DNA of 64,000 nt from an uncultured Anaerolineales bacterium (GTDB taxonomy: Bacteria > Chloroflexota > Anaerolineae > CG2-30-64-16), in NCBI GenBank assembly GCA_964614645.1, contig CAZTMA010000001.1:1295-65294 (forward strand), in the 5' to 3' direction. This document shows, in pieces, positions 18,322-27,834 of the stretch. The stretch's first letter is position 1. The number at the start of each line of letters is the position of its first letter. Under the pieces are notes generated by a model. That model had not been told where the DNA came from. It was given only the letters and a program-made list of their open reading frames with translations, and did not search any database. The position numbers and the translations under genes were made by a program.

Positions 18322-19545
18322 GTGAACCGACGCGCCTTCCTGAAGCTCCTGGGCGGGGCGAGCGCGGCGGCGTTGGCTGCTAGCTGCAACTCCCGCACGC
18401 CCCCCGCGACCCCGACGCCGACCCGCACCCCGCGTGTCGCGCTGTCGCCCCTGCAGCCGACCGGTACGCTGACGCCAACTGCGACGGGCACGGCCACGCC
18501 AACGGTTGCTACAACTGCGACCGCCACCGGCACGGCGACCTTGACCGCGACGCCCTCACCGACGCCGCTGCCCACCGACACGCCCACACCGACGGCCAGT
18601 CCATTCCCGCCCGGCCCGCCGACCAAGCTGGGCCTGTTCGTGACGCGCAACGACCCGCGCATCTTTGACCTGTTGCGCACGGGCAACATCGCGCTGGTCA
18701 AGACGATGGAGTACGACTCCAACTTTGCGCTCGAGATCAAGCACAACGGGCCGAACACCATTCTCGTGGGGCGCATCGATCTGCCGCAGATTGACCTGGG
18801 CTCGCTGACCGACCCGCGGGCCGCAGCGCAGGGCTTCGCAGACCAGCTCCTGCCGATTGCCACCGAGCCCCGGCGCATGGCGGCATTCGACGCGTGGGAG
18901 TCCTATAACGAGCCGACGCCGTCGGACGCCGATCAAATGGCGCGCCTGGCGGAGTTTGAGGCCCACCGCACGCGGCTGCTGGCTGCGGCCGGGGTGCGCT
19001 CGGTCGTCGGCAACTTCGGGACGGGTACGCCGCCGCTGGAGTGGTGGCCGCAGTTTCGCCCGGCCATCGAAGCGGCGCGCGAGCACGATGGCTATCTTGG
19101 CCTGCACGAGTACTCCGCGCCGACCATGCAGTTCGGCACGCCGCAGGACCCGCTCGGCTGGGGCCAGGACCCGGCACAGGAAGGCTGGCTGACGTTGCGC
19201 TACCGCAAGGTCTACCGTAACTATCTGGAGCCGAACGGCCTGATGCTGCCTTTGCTGCTCACCGAGGTGGGTATCGATGGACTGGTGACCAACCGGCCCG
19301 GGCCGCCCGGCTACGGCTGGATGGATTTCGCCGGCTACTGGAACGAACTGGGCATGGGCTCCGATACACCGGGCAACTATGTTGAGCAGCTTGCCTGGTA
19401 CGATGGACAGCTCCAGCAGGACGACTACGTGAAGGGCGCGGCGATTTTCGCGGCTGCGGCGTCTCCTGGCTGGCAATCCTACGAAATCCTGGGTGATACC
19501 TTCGAAATCCTCAAGCAGTATTTGAGCGTGCACCCGCCGAGGTAA
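18322..19545 (+). CDS. Tat-signal lipoprotein with Thr/Pro-rich linker and a GH-A-like TIM-barrel domain
   Basis: RRAFLK twin-arginine motif, ...AASC lipobox, SYNEP acid/base-like motif and LLLTEVGIDG nucleophile-like motif. Confidence 0.65.
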   Translation: MNRRAFLKLLGGASAAALAASCNSRTPPATPTPTRTPRVALSPLQPTGTLTPTATGTATPTVATTATATGTATLTATPSPTPLPTDTPTPTASPFPPGPPTKLGLFVTRNDPRIFDLLRTGNIALVKTMEYDSNFALEIKHNGPNTILVGRIDLPQIDLGSLTDPRAAAQGFADQLLPIATEPRRMAAFDAWESYNEPTPSDADQMARLAEFEAHRTRLLAAAGVRSVVGNFGTGTPPLEWWPQFRPAIEAAREHDGYLGLHEYSAPTMQFGTPQDPLGWGQDPAQEGWLTLRYRKVYRNYLEPNGLMLPLLLTEVGIDGLVTNRPGPPGYGWMDFAGYWNELGMGSDTPGNYVEQLAWYDGQLQQDDYVKGAAIFAAAASPGWQSYEILGDTFEILKQYLSVHPPR

Positions 19546-19554
19546 GTCAAACCT

Positions 19555-22407
19555 ATGGCATCGCGCAATACATCCTCTAATCGTTTCCTGCGGCCGGTCT
19601 ACCTGTTTGCCGGTCTCGTGGTTCTGGCATTCAAGCGGCTGCTCTATCGCCCCGGGCTGACCCTGCTCGCGCTGGCATCCATCGCGCTGGCGATCGGCCT
19701 GGTGAGCAGCGCCGGGTTCTTTGCGCAGGCGGTGGATCGCTCGGTGCTCTCGCAGGAACTCGTGCGGTTCGTCGAGCAGACCGGCCGGCCCCCGTTCCTG
19801 ATGCGCGTCTATTTCCTGCCATCATCGGATATTCCCCTGTCCCTGGAGACGACCGAAAGTCTGGCGCCGCGCGTTGCCGCGACGCTGGAGCGGGAGATCG
19901 GCCTTCCGCCGGTATCTGTCGGCGTCGAGGTCGAGAGTGGCGCCATGATGCTGCACCCGGCGACCGAAACAGAGGGCGCCCGCAACAATATGGGCAGCGT
20001 CAGCCTGGTGCACTTCGAGAACGTGGTGGACCACATCACGGTCCAGGGGGAGCCGTTCACCGGCGAGCGCTCAGGCGATGTGTTGGATGTCTGGCTGCCT
20101 GACCATTATGCGGCCAAGGCGGGCGCCAACGTCGGGGATCGTTATGCGATCAGCCACTTTCCCGATCCTACCCGCATCCCCATCCGGGTGGCCGGCATCT
20201 GGTCGCCGAATGACCCCGACGAGCCGTTCTGGTTCACCGATCCCGAACTGTCGTTGAGCGATGGACTGCTGGTGCGCCGGCAGGACTTCATCGATCGCAT
20301 CCAGCCGCGCATCGCCTCGGGCACGCGCTTCGCCTCCTGGCACGTGCGGCTGGACGAGATGAGGATTCAACCGGGCAACGCGCGCCAGTACCTGGAGGGG
20401 CTGACGACCAGCAAGACGGCCCTGGACCGGATATTGCCCGGCATTCGCATCGACGTCTCGCCCATCAAGCCGCTGGAGCAGTTTGTCAATCGCAGCAGCA
20501 CGCTGACGATCCTGCTGCTCGGCTTCAATATCCCGGCGCTGGCGTTCCTGCTCTATTTCCTCTTCCTGACCTCCTCGATTATTGCCCGCTGGCAGCGCCG
20601 CGAAACAGCCATCCTGGTGAGTCGCGGAATGAATGTGCCGAGCGTCCTCAGCATCACGCTGGTCGAGCAGATACTTCTGTTCGTTGCAGGCGTACCGCTC
20701 GGTCTGGCTGCGGGCGTGCTCATCGCCCGTTTCATGGGCAATGCGTCGAGCTTCCTGACGTTTGTCCCGCGCGAGCCGCTGCCCGTTTCGCTGGAAGGCT
20801 TGAACGTGACGCTGCTGCTGGCGACGATGGCCGTTGTGCTCCTCACGAGGCTAGCCGCCGCGTCCGGCGCGGCGCGGCAAAGCAATGTCGAGGAGGAACG
20901 CGAGCAGGCACGGCCGATGAAGACGCCGTTCTGGTATCGCTACTATCTCGACCTGCTGCTGATTCTGCCCGCGGCTTACGGTTATCGCCTGCTTTCGCAG
21001 CAAGGTTCGCTGGCCATGCTCGTCAAGGACCGGCCCAGCGACCTGTACCAGGACCCGCTGTTGATCCTGCTGCCGGCGCTGTTCACGCTCGTGGCCGCGT
21101 TGTTGGCGATGCGCCTCTTCCCGCTGATTCTGCGGCTGATGGATCGGCTGGCGAGCGTTGTGCCGTGGGTGACGCCACATCTGGCGCTGCAGCAGCTTGG
21201 CCGCCAGAGTCAGGCGTATATCAATCCGCTGCTGCTCATTATTGTGTGTCTCGCGCTAGGCGTCTACACCTTCTCGCTGGCCGGCAGTCTGGACAAGTGG
21301 CTGGAAGACCGCATGTATTACCAGGTGGGCGCCGACGTCGCCTTCCAGCCGATGATCGTCTCGGAGGGCAGCTCCGGCACGTCACAGGAGCCGGTTTCGT
21401 TGCCGATAGAGGAATACCTGAAGCTGCCGGGCGTGGAGACGGGCACGGCGGTCGGTAACTTCCCTGCGCGCGTCTCGTTCACGGGCGGACGGCAGATGCG
21501 GGGGCGTTTCCTGGCCGTGGATCGGCTGACCTTCCCGAAGGTGGCGTGGTTCCGGCGCGACTTTGCCGACGAGCCGATGGGCGGGCTGATGAACCTGTTG
21601 GCCCAGCAGCAGGATGCCATCCTCGTGCCGGAGGCCGTGATGGAGGCCGGCGACCTGCAGGTTGGCGACCAGATGCGGATTGCCATCTCGCTGGAATCGA
21701 CCGTGAGCATGGAGGCCGTCTTTACCATCGTCGGCTCGTACACCTATTTTCCGACGGTCAATGAAGACAGCCCCGCGGCCATCGGCAATCTGGAATATCT
21801 GTCTTACACCTATGGGATGCCCGTGCCGGAGAGCATCTGGCTGAAGCTGAAGCCGGACGGCGACGGAGCGGAGATTCTGCGCATCGTGCGCGATGGCATG
21901 GGCATCGAGCCGGTCGGCGGTCGCGATACAGTGGGGTTGATTGCCGCAGAGCGGGGTAAGACGGAGCGAGTGGGCGTGTTCGGCACGCTATCCATCGGTT
22001 TCCTGGCCTCGGCAGTGATGGCGTTCGCAGGGTTGCTGATCAATACCTATGCCTCGCTGAGCGATCGGCTGTACCGGTTTACGATCCTCTATGCCATCGG
22101 CCTGCAACGCCGCCAGATTCTCGGCCAGGTGCTGATGGAGTATCTGTTCCTGACGGCCTATGGGGCGGCCGCGGGTGCGCTGATCGGCAGCCAGGTCTCG
22201 CGCTTCTTCGCGCCCTTCTTCCGTATCACGGGCGCGCAGGAGATTGTCCGGCCGCCGCTGATTCCTATCATTGCCCGCGATCAGATTACCGACATGGCGA
22301 TCGCCTTTGCGGTCATCATGATCCTGCTGGAACTGGGGATTATCGGTTCTGCGCTCTACCGGCGTTTCTTCCGCCAGGCGCTCGGCCTCCGGGGCGGCCA
22401 GGGGTGA
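19555..22407 (+). CDS. Large FtsX-family ABC transporter permease (MacB/FtsX-like, two FtsX modules)
   Basis: 950 aa with two blocks of 4 TM helices separated by large extracytoplasmic domains. No ATPase gene adjacent on the same strand. Confidence 0.8.
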   Translation: MASRNTSSNRFLRPVYLFAGLVVLAFKRLLYRPGLTLLALASIALAIGLVSSAGFFAQAVDRSVLSQELVRFVEQTGRPPFLMRVYFLPSSDIPLSLETTESLAPRVAATLEREIGLPPVSVGVEVESGAMMLHPATETEGARNNMGSVSLVHFENVVDHITVQGEPFTGERSGDVLDVWLPDHYAAKAGANVGDRYAISHFPDPTRIPIRVAGIWSPNDPDEPFWFTDPELSLSDGLLVRRQDFIDRIQPRIASGTRFASWHVRLDEMRIQPGNARQYLEGLTTSKTALDRILPGIRIDVSPIKPLEQFVNRSSTLTILLLGFNIPALAFLLYFLFLTSSIIARWQRRETAILVSRGMNVPSVLSITLVEQILLFVAGVPLGLAAGVLIARFMGNASSFLTFVPREPLPVSLEGLNVTLLLATMAVVLLTRLAAASGAARQSNVEEEREQARPMKTPFWYRYYLDLLLILPAAYGYRLLSQQGSLAMLVKDRPSDLYQDPLLILLPALFTLVAALLAMRLFPLILRLMDRLASVVPWVTPHLALQQLGRQSQAYINPLLLIIVCLALGVYTFSLAGSLDKWLEDRMYYQVGADVAFQPMIVSEGSSGTSQEPVSLPIEEYLKLPGVETGTAVGNFPARVSFTGGRQMRGRFLAVDRLTFPKVAWFRRDFADEPMGGLMNLLAQQQDAILVPEAVMEAGDLQVGDQMRIAISLESTVSMEAVFTIVGSYTYFPTVNEDSPAAIGNLEYLSYTYGMPVPESIWLKLKPDGDGAEILRIVRDGMGIEPVGGRDTVGLIAAERGKTERVGVFGTLSIGFLASAVMAFAGLLINTYASLSDRLYRFTILYAIGLQRRQILGQVLMEYLFLTAYGAAAGALIGSQVSRFFAPFFRITGAQEIVRPPLIPIIARDQITDMAIAFAVIMILLELGIIGSALYRRFFRQALGLRGGQG

Positions 22408-22408
22408 G

Positions 22409-22487
22409 GCGGATTGAAGATTACAGATTGAAGATTGAAGATTATTTAACTATCGCTGAGTAATCTTCAATCTGTAATCTTCAATCT
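22409..22487. repeat. AT-rich near-palindromic element built from GATTGAAGATTA units; probable bidirectional terminator
   Basis: gattgaagattacagattgaagattgaagatta...taatcttcaatctgtaatcttcaatcttcaatc fills the whole gap between convergent genes. Confidence 0.6.
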
Positions 22488-23651
22488 TCAATCGGCCCGC
22501 GGCCAGAATCCGGCGACGGGCGGCACATCCACCGGCACACCGCCGTTCCGCAGCGAGTGCGCGGCGCAGACACCTGCGGCCACGCTCATCCGCCCGGCCA
22601 GCGGAGGCGCCAGCGGTTCCTTCCCGTCCAATACCATCTCCACGAAGTCGCGGCAAATCACCGGGTCTGCCCCGCCGTGCCCGCCCTCGGCGGCCTTGAT
22701 GTCGTACGTCCGATCGGCCAGGTCGCGCCACGTGCGCGACTTGCGCGTCTTGAGCCACACCTTCATCTCCGGCTCGGAGTTTTCGATGCGCCCCTGCGTG
22801 CCGATAAAGGTATAATTGCGGTGGTAATCGGGCGTGAAGTGGCACTGCAGGTACGACGCCTTGATGCCCCCCTCCAGCTCCATGATCATCACCTGGTTGT
22901 CCTCCACATCCACTTCCTGCCGGAACGCGCACTGGTTGCGGCGAGGGCTGTGTGATACCTCGGTGCAGGTGTCGCGGTCGGGGCAGACGGGGCAGGTCAG
23001 GTCGTTGGGCCGGTCGCCGCCGAAGAAGTCCAGGCTGCCGAACGCAGCGGTGCGCTTGGTGTAGGCCCCGGTGATCCAGTGGATCATGTCGATGTCATGC
23101 GAGCCCTTCTGCAGCAACAGCGAAGTTCCGTTGGCGCGCGTGGCGTGCCAGTCATGATAGTAGAAGTCGCTGCCGAAGCCGACGAAATGGCGCACCCAGA
23201 CGGCCTTCATCTCCCCGATCGCACCTGACTCCACGATTTCCTTCATCACGCGGAATATGTTCATGTAGCGCATGTTGAAGCCGACCATCAGCCGGCGGCC
23301 CGACGTGCGCCAGGTCTGCAGGATGTGGTCGCAGCCCTCGATGGTGATGGCGAGCGGCTTCTCGCAGAAGACGTGCTTCCCCGCCTGCAGCGCAGCCACC
23401 GCATGCTCCTCGTGACAGAAGTCGGGCGTGGTCACCGCAATCGCGTCGATGTCAGGCCGTGCCAGCAGCTCGCGATAGTCGTGCGTCACGAATGGCTGGC
23501 CGCCATGTTCCGTGCGGAACTGCTCCAGCGCGTCCGCGCTGATGTCCGCGGCGCCGGCGATGACCGAACGGCCCGCGGGCTGGTGCCAGTGACGCCACAG
23601 GCCTCCGCGGCCGCTGACGCCGATCATGCCGATTCGAAGCTGGGTTTGCAT
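22488..23651 (-). CDS. Gfo/Idh/MocA family oxidoreductase
   Basis: N-terminal Rossmann motif IGMIGVSGRGG. The EKP-like motif FCEKPLA. Confidence 0.85.
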   Translation of the reverse strand: MQTQLRIGMIGVSGRGGLWRHWHQPAGRSVIAGAADISADALEQFRTEHGGQPFVTHDYRELLARPDIDAIAVTTPDFCHEEHAVAALQAGKHVFCEKPLAITIEGCDHILQTWRTSGRRLMVGFNMRYMNIFRVMKEIVESGAIGEMKAVWVRHFVGFGSDFYYHDWHATRANGTSLLLQKGSHDIDMIHWITGAYTKRTAAFGSLDFFGGDRPNDLTCPVCPDRDTCTEVSHSPRRNQCAFRQEVDVEDNQVMIMELEGGIKASYLQCHFTPDYHRNYTFIGTQGRIENSEPEMKVWLKTRKSRTWRDLADRTYDIKAAEGGHGGADPVICRDFVEMVLDGKEPLAPPLAGRMSVAAGVCAAHSLRNGGVPVDVPPVAGFWPRAD

Positions 23652-24691
23652 TACCGTTTCCTCCCCAGGCGATCGCCCAGGCGTGCGCCCAGGCGCTCAC
23701 GCCCCTGCGTAATGCGGCCGACCAGGCCGTGCGATGTGGCTTCCGGAATCAGGGCTGCAGGCTCCGGCGCGGGCTCCGGCATGCCTTCCTTCTGCTCGAC
23801 CGGCAGAATCAGCACCCCGTCGTCCGTCACCTCCAGCCGCGCGCGGCCCTTGATGTTGAACCGCTGGAGGTATTCCTTGGGAACCTGCAGCCGGCCCGCC
23901 GAATCCAGGACGACCAGCTCCTCGAAAACCGGCGGAGGCGGCTCCGTATCATGGACGGGCCGCGGCCCGTACAGGTCCTCCGCAGTCGGCTCCTGGCGCA
24001 TCGTCTCGCTGGACAACCGGCCATCGCGGATGGCGACCACCCGATCTACGTGGCGCGCGATGGTCGGGTCATGGCTGACAATCAGCGTCGTCAAGTTGAA
24101 GGCCGTGTTGAGGTCGCGGAAGGTCTGGTAGATGGTGAGCGCGGTCGCGGAGTCGACTTCGCCGGTCGGTTCGTCGGCCAGCAGCATGATGGGGTTGTGG
24201 ACCAGCGCGACCGCAATCGCGACGCGCTGCTGCTCGCCGCCGGAGAGCTGCCCGACCCGGTGGTGCATCCGCTCCGCCAGCCCGACGGCCGCCAGCAATT
24301 CCCGCGCGCGTTTACGCTTGGTGCGCGGCGCCTCACCGACAAGCGTCAGCGGCATCTCCACGTTCTCCTGCGCGTTGAGGAAGGGGATCAGGTTGCGCGC
24401 GGACTGCTGCCAGACGAAGCCGACCTGTGTGCGGCGGTAGTTGAGCAGCGCCGTGTTGGAAAACTTGAGCAGGTTCTGATTGTTCACCCAGACGCGGCCG
24501 GCCGAGGGGCGATCCAGCCCGCCCAGGATGTTCATCAGGGTGGACTTGCCGCTGCCGCTGGCGCCGACGACGCCGAGCAACTCACCGCGCGGCACGACCA
24601 GGTCCAACCCCTGGAGCGCGACGACTTCGAGGTTGGCAACCTTGTAGATTTTCATCAGGTTGTCGCAGATAATAATGGGTTCTTCAGCCAA
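23651..24691 (-). CDS. ABC transporter ATP-binding protein (MacB/LolD-like) with a ~120-aa Pro/Glu-rich C-terminal extension
   Basis: GASGSGKST, LSGGEQQRVAIA, LLADEPTG. 1-nt overlap with the downstream oxidoreductase gene. Confidence 0.9.
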   Translation of the reverse strand: MAEEPIIICDNLMKIYKVANLEVVALQGLDLVVPRGELLGVVGASGSGKSTLMNILGGLDRPSAGRVWVNNQNLLKFSNTALLNYRRTQVGFVWQQSARNLIPFLNAQENVEMPLTLVGEAPRTKRKRARELLAAVGLAERMHHRVGQLSGGEQQRVAIAVALVHNPIMLLADEPTGEVDSATALTIYQTFRDLNTAFNLTTLIVSHDPTIARHVDRVVAIRDGRLSSETMRQEPTAEDLYGPRPVHDTEPPPPVFEELVVLDSAGRLQVPKEYLQRFNIKGRARLEVTDDGVLILPVEQKEGMPEPAPEPAALIPEATSHGLVGRITQGRERLGARLGDRLGRKR

Positions 24692-24881
24692 TGGACATCA
24701 TCCGCTGCGGGACAGGCCCGCCAATGCCGGGCATACCCGTGTGATTTCGTCTAGCGATTCCGTCGGATGGGCGCGTGGTTCGGCCGGGGGGAGGCGAAAC
24801 CGAGACGTTTGTAGTGCGAAGTATAACATAGTCCAGTTGAGGATGCACGTTCTGAAACGGTTTTGACGCCGCGCATGACAT

Positions 24882-24911
24882 TTGACGGCTGAGGCAAAAC
24901 AACCGTATAAT
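24882..24911 (+). promoter_or_regulatory. Sigma70-like promoter upstream of the SBP1 leader
   Basis: TTGACG, 18-nt spacer, TATAAT. It lies about 280 nt upstream of the SBP1 start. Confidence 0.4.
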
Positions 24912-25193
24912 TTCCTGGGCCTTGTATACTGCCTCGTAATCGATCTGACTCTGTACCGTTCAGTGCACCTGTTGTCCAGGCACCTGTCATCCATGCCCGG
25001 GTGGACCGGCACGAACCCGTGTGCATGACTACACTCACTCGATGCTCCGGTTTGGTGTGCAACAAATAAAGATTGCTTCGTTTAGTCAGTTCGTGCCGGA
25101 AGGAGGAGCGTTCTTCGTCTCATCGGAGCATTTACGTACGTTCACTGCCACATTCTCACGACGGTGAAAGAACCCCAACGAGGAGGACTATCC

Positions 25194-27260
25194 ATGTCTC
25201 GCAAGTTTGTGTTCCCCCTGCTGCTGATCCTGGCCCTGATCCTGTCCGCTTGTGGCGGGGCAGCCACGCCCGCACCGGCCCCCGCGCCGGCAGCAGAAGA
25301 ACCCGCCGCAGAAGCCCCCGCTGCGGAAGAGCCCGCTGCTGAAGAACCGGTAGCGGAAGAGCCTGCGGCTGAGGAGCCTGCTGCGGAAGAGCCCGCTGCT
25401 GAAGAACCGGCCGCTGAGGAACCTGCAGCCACCGGCCAGTACAAAGAATCCCCCATGCTGGCTGAGCTGGTCGCCGCGGGCACGCTGCCGCCCATCGAGG
25501 AGCGCCTGCCCGAGGAGCCCTTCGTCGTCGGCCCCGGCACCCTGATCATCAAGGAGGACCTGCCTGACTGGCAGCCCGGCGTGTACGGCGGCATCCTCAA
25601 CTTCGCGCACGCGTCCGCCAACTGGAATCCCGACATCTTCATCATGGCCAACGACAACCTGCTGTGCGCGCCTGGCATCGGGTTGGACGGTCTCATGCCG
25701 TGTATCGTGAAGGAATACAAGGTCGAGAACGAGAACAAGGAGTTTACCTTCACGCTGCGCAAGGGCCTCAAGTGGTCCGACGGCACCCCCGTCACGACCG
25801 AGGATGTCCGCTTCGTGATGGAAGACGTCTACGGGGATGAGAAGATCACCCCCATCTACCCGGCGAAGTTCCGCGATGGCGGCCGCTCGGATGGTGAGAT
25901 TGTCAAGCTCGACATCCTCGACGACTACACCTGGAAGCTGACCTTCGGCGAACCGTACGGTGGCCTGCTGCGTGAAATCAGCGTCAAGGGCTGGCAGGGC
26001 TACACTGACATGCTGCGGCCTTCGCACGTGCTCAAGCAGTGGCACGTCAAGTACGCGGACGTCACGAGCGATGCCTTCAAGACCGAATACGAGAGGATGA
26101 ACCTGAAGGACGAATGGTGGCAGGTCTTTGCCGATAAGAACTGCACGAACTGGGACCTGACCAACCCGCGCTGCGCCAACTTCCCGGTGCTGTACGCGTG
26201 GGTCAACACCACCCCGACCGGCCAGTCCAATCTGCTCACCTTCGAGCGCAACCCCTACTACTGGAAGGTGGACAACACCGGCCAGCAGTTGCCGTACATC
26301 GACAAGCTGCAGTCGCAGCAGGTCAACGATGTCGAGATGCTGACGCTGAAGGTCTTCGCCGGCGAGGTCGACTTCGTGCGCGAGAGCACCGGCCTGAACA
26401 AGCTCCCGCTCTACAAGGAGAATGAGGAGAAGGCGGGCATCAACATCACGTTGATGGACAACCACGTCGATCCGACCGCCCTTTTCATCAACTACACCTA
26501 TGCCGATGAGAACTGGCGGACGGTGGTGGGCGATGTACGGTTCCGCCAGGCCATCACGCACGGCATCAATCGCCAGGAGATCATCGACACGGTCTACTTC
26601 GGCTATGGCCAGATGCCGACCCTGGTGCCCGCTGAGTACGACGTTGACGCCGCAAATGCGCTGCTCGACGAGATGGGCATGACCAAGAATGCAGACGGGT
26701 TGCGGGTCGGGCCGGATGGCAATGTCTTCACCATCCTGTTCGAGCACGGTGCGCACGCGCCTGACATCGCCCAGGTGGCCGAGCTGGTTGGGACGCAATT
26801 GAGGGCCAACCTGGGCCTCGATGTGCAGGTCAAGCAGCTCGATTCTGCGCTGTGGGGCACGCGCCGAGACGCTAATGAGCTACAGATGACCAGCATCTGG
26901 GACGTGCAGCCGATGTGGGCCAATGGCACCTGGACGGACTACACGCTGGAAAACCAGGCGATTCGTCTGTGGAATCAGTGGCGGACGAGCGCAGGCGCGG
27001 AAGGCGAAGAACCGCCCGCTGAGATCAAGGAGCTGTGGCGGCTGGCTGAGGTGCGCACCCAGTCCGTGCCGTTCTCCGAAGAGGATACGGCCGCCTACGC
27101 GGCCATCCGCAAGTTGCACTACGACAACATCTGGATCTTCCCCATCGCGGAGAAGGTCAACTACGCGCTGATCTCGAGCAAGAAGCTGGGCAACGTGCCG
27201 ATCTCCGGTCAGGCCATCGGCGCCGACTACAGCGGCGAGCAGTTCTTCTTCAAGCCGTAG
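25194..27260 (+). CDS. ABC transporter substrate-binding lipoprotein, family 5 (peptide/oligosaccharide/nickel type), paralogue 1
   Basis: Lipoprotein signal ...LILSACGG, an Ala/Glu/Pro repeat linker, and an SBP_bac_5-like body (WSDG..VTTEDV). Start at ATG 25194 after a GAGGAGG site. Confidence 0.85.
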   Translation: MSRKFVFPLLLILALILSACGGAATPAPAPAPAAEEPAAEAPAAEEPAAEEPVAEEPAAEEPAAEEPAAEEPAAEEPAATGQYKESPMLAELVAAGTLPPIEERLPEEPFVVGPGTLIIKEDLPDWQPGVYGGILNFAHASANWNPDIFIMANDNLLCAPGIGLDGLMPCIVKEYKVENENKEFTFTLRKGLKWSDGTPVTTEDVRFVMEDVYGDEKITPIYPAKFRDGGRSDGEIVKLDILDDYTWKLTFGEPYGGLLREISVKGWQGYTDMLRPSHVLKQWHVKYADVTSDAFKTEYERMNLKDEWWQVFADKNCTNWDLTNPRCANFPVLYAWVNTTPTGQSNLLTFERNPYYWKVDNTGQQLPYIDKLQSQQVNDVEMLTLKVFAGEVDFVRESTGLNKLPLYKENEEKAGINITLMDNHVDPTALFINYTYADENWRTVVGDVRFRQAITHGINRQEIIDTVYFGYGQMPTLVPAEYDVDAANALLDEMGMTKNADGLRVGPDGNVFTILFEHGAHAPDIAQVAELVGTQLRANLGLDVQVKQLDSALWGTRRDANELQMTSIWDVQPMWANGTWTDYTLENQAIRLWNQWRTSAGAEGEEPPAEIKELWRLAEVRTQSVPFSEEDTAAYAAIRKLHYDNIWIFPIAEKVNYALISSKKLGNVPISGQAIGADYSGEQFFFKP

Positions 27261-27281
27261 CCCGGCTCACCGCACCTGGAT

Positions 27282-27360
27282 CCTATCCGAAAATCCGTAG
27301 CATAGGGCCTTGTGCCCGTCGGAACGCCCACAAGGGGCCAGGCGGCTCTTTTCGGATAGG
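27282..27360 (+). terminator. Nested hairpin terminator after SBP1
   Basis: Outer stem cctatccgaaaa/ttttcggatagg enclosing an inner stem gggccttgtg/cacaaggggcc. Confidence 0.5.
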
Positions 27361-27460
27361 TCTTTGACGCAGTAGTTACATCAGTTGAAGGGGGGGCCTC
27401 AGGCGACGGTTCGTATAGCCGCCCGAGGCCCGCCCCGAACCTCCCCTGTTAATTCGCGAC

Positions 27461-27488
27461 TTGACTACTGTTCAAAATCGATTATGAT
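27461..27488 (+). promoter_or_regulatory. Sigma70-like promoter for SBP2
   Basis: TTGACT, 16-nt spacer, TATGAT. Confidence 0.4.
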
Positions 27489-27834
27489 ACGCGTCAACAT
27501 CTTGTGGCGGCGCCCTGTACGCGTCTCTGAGCTGTTCTGCCAATCGCATCTCTCCGCCAACGGTCCTGGACTGCGTCATCTGCATCTATCCGCTGCGCCG
27601 CCCGTACTGCGGCAGCCGCACTTCGCACCTCAGTTTCGTGCCGGACAGAGCAGCCATGGCTGAATTGACGGAAGCACTGCTATTGTAGAGACTCCCTATC
27701 GGCGCCATTCAAGCCTTGATCAGAAAGGGGGTGGTAAGGAGCGATCGAATCTCATCGTAGACCTAGGGACCCGACATCGGGTGGAGGCAAGCTTTCCACC
27801 AAACATCGCCTGCTTCGAAGGAGAAAAAGGAGAC

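Noticed and set aside
22409-22487. Considered as a CRISPR array or IS terminal inverted repeat
   Set aside because: It is a single inverted repeat with no spacers. No cas, transposase or integrase genes occur anywhere in the window.
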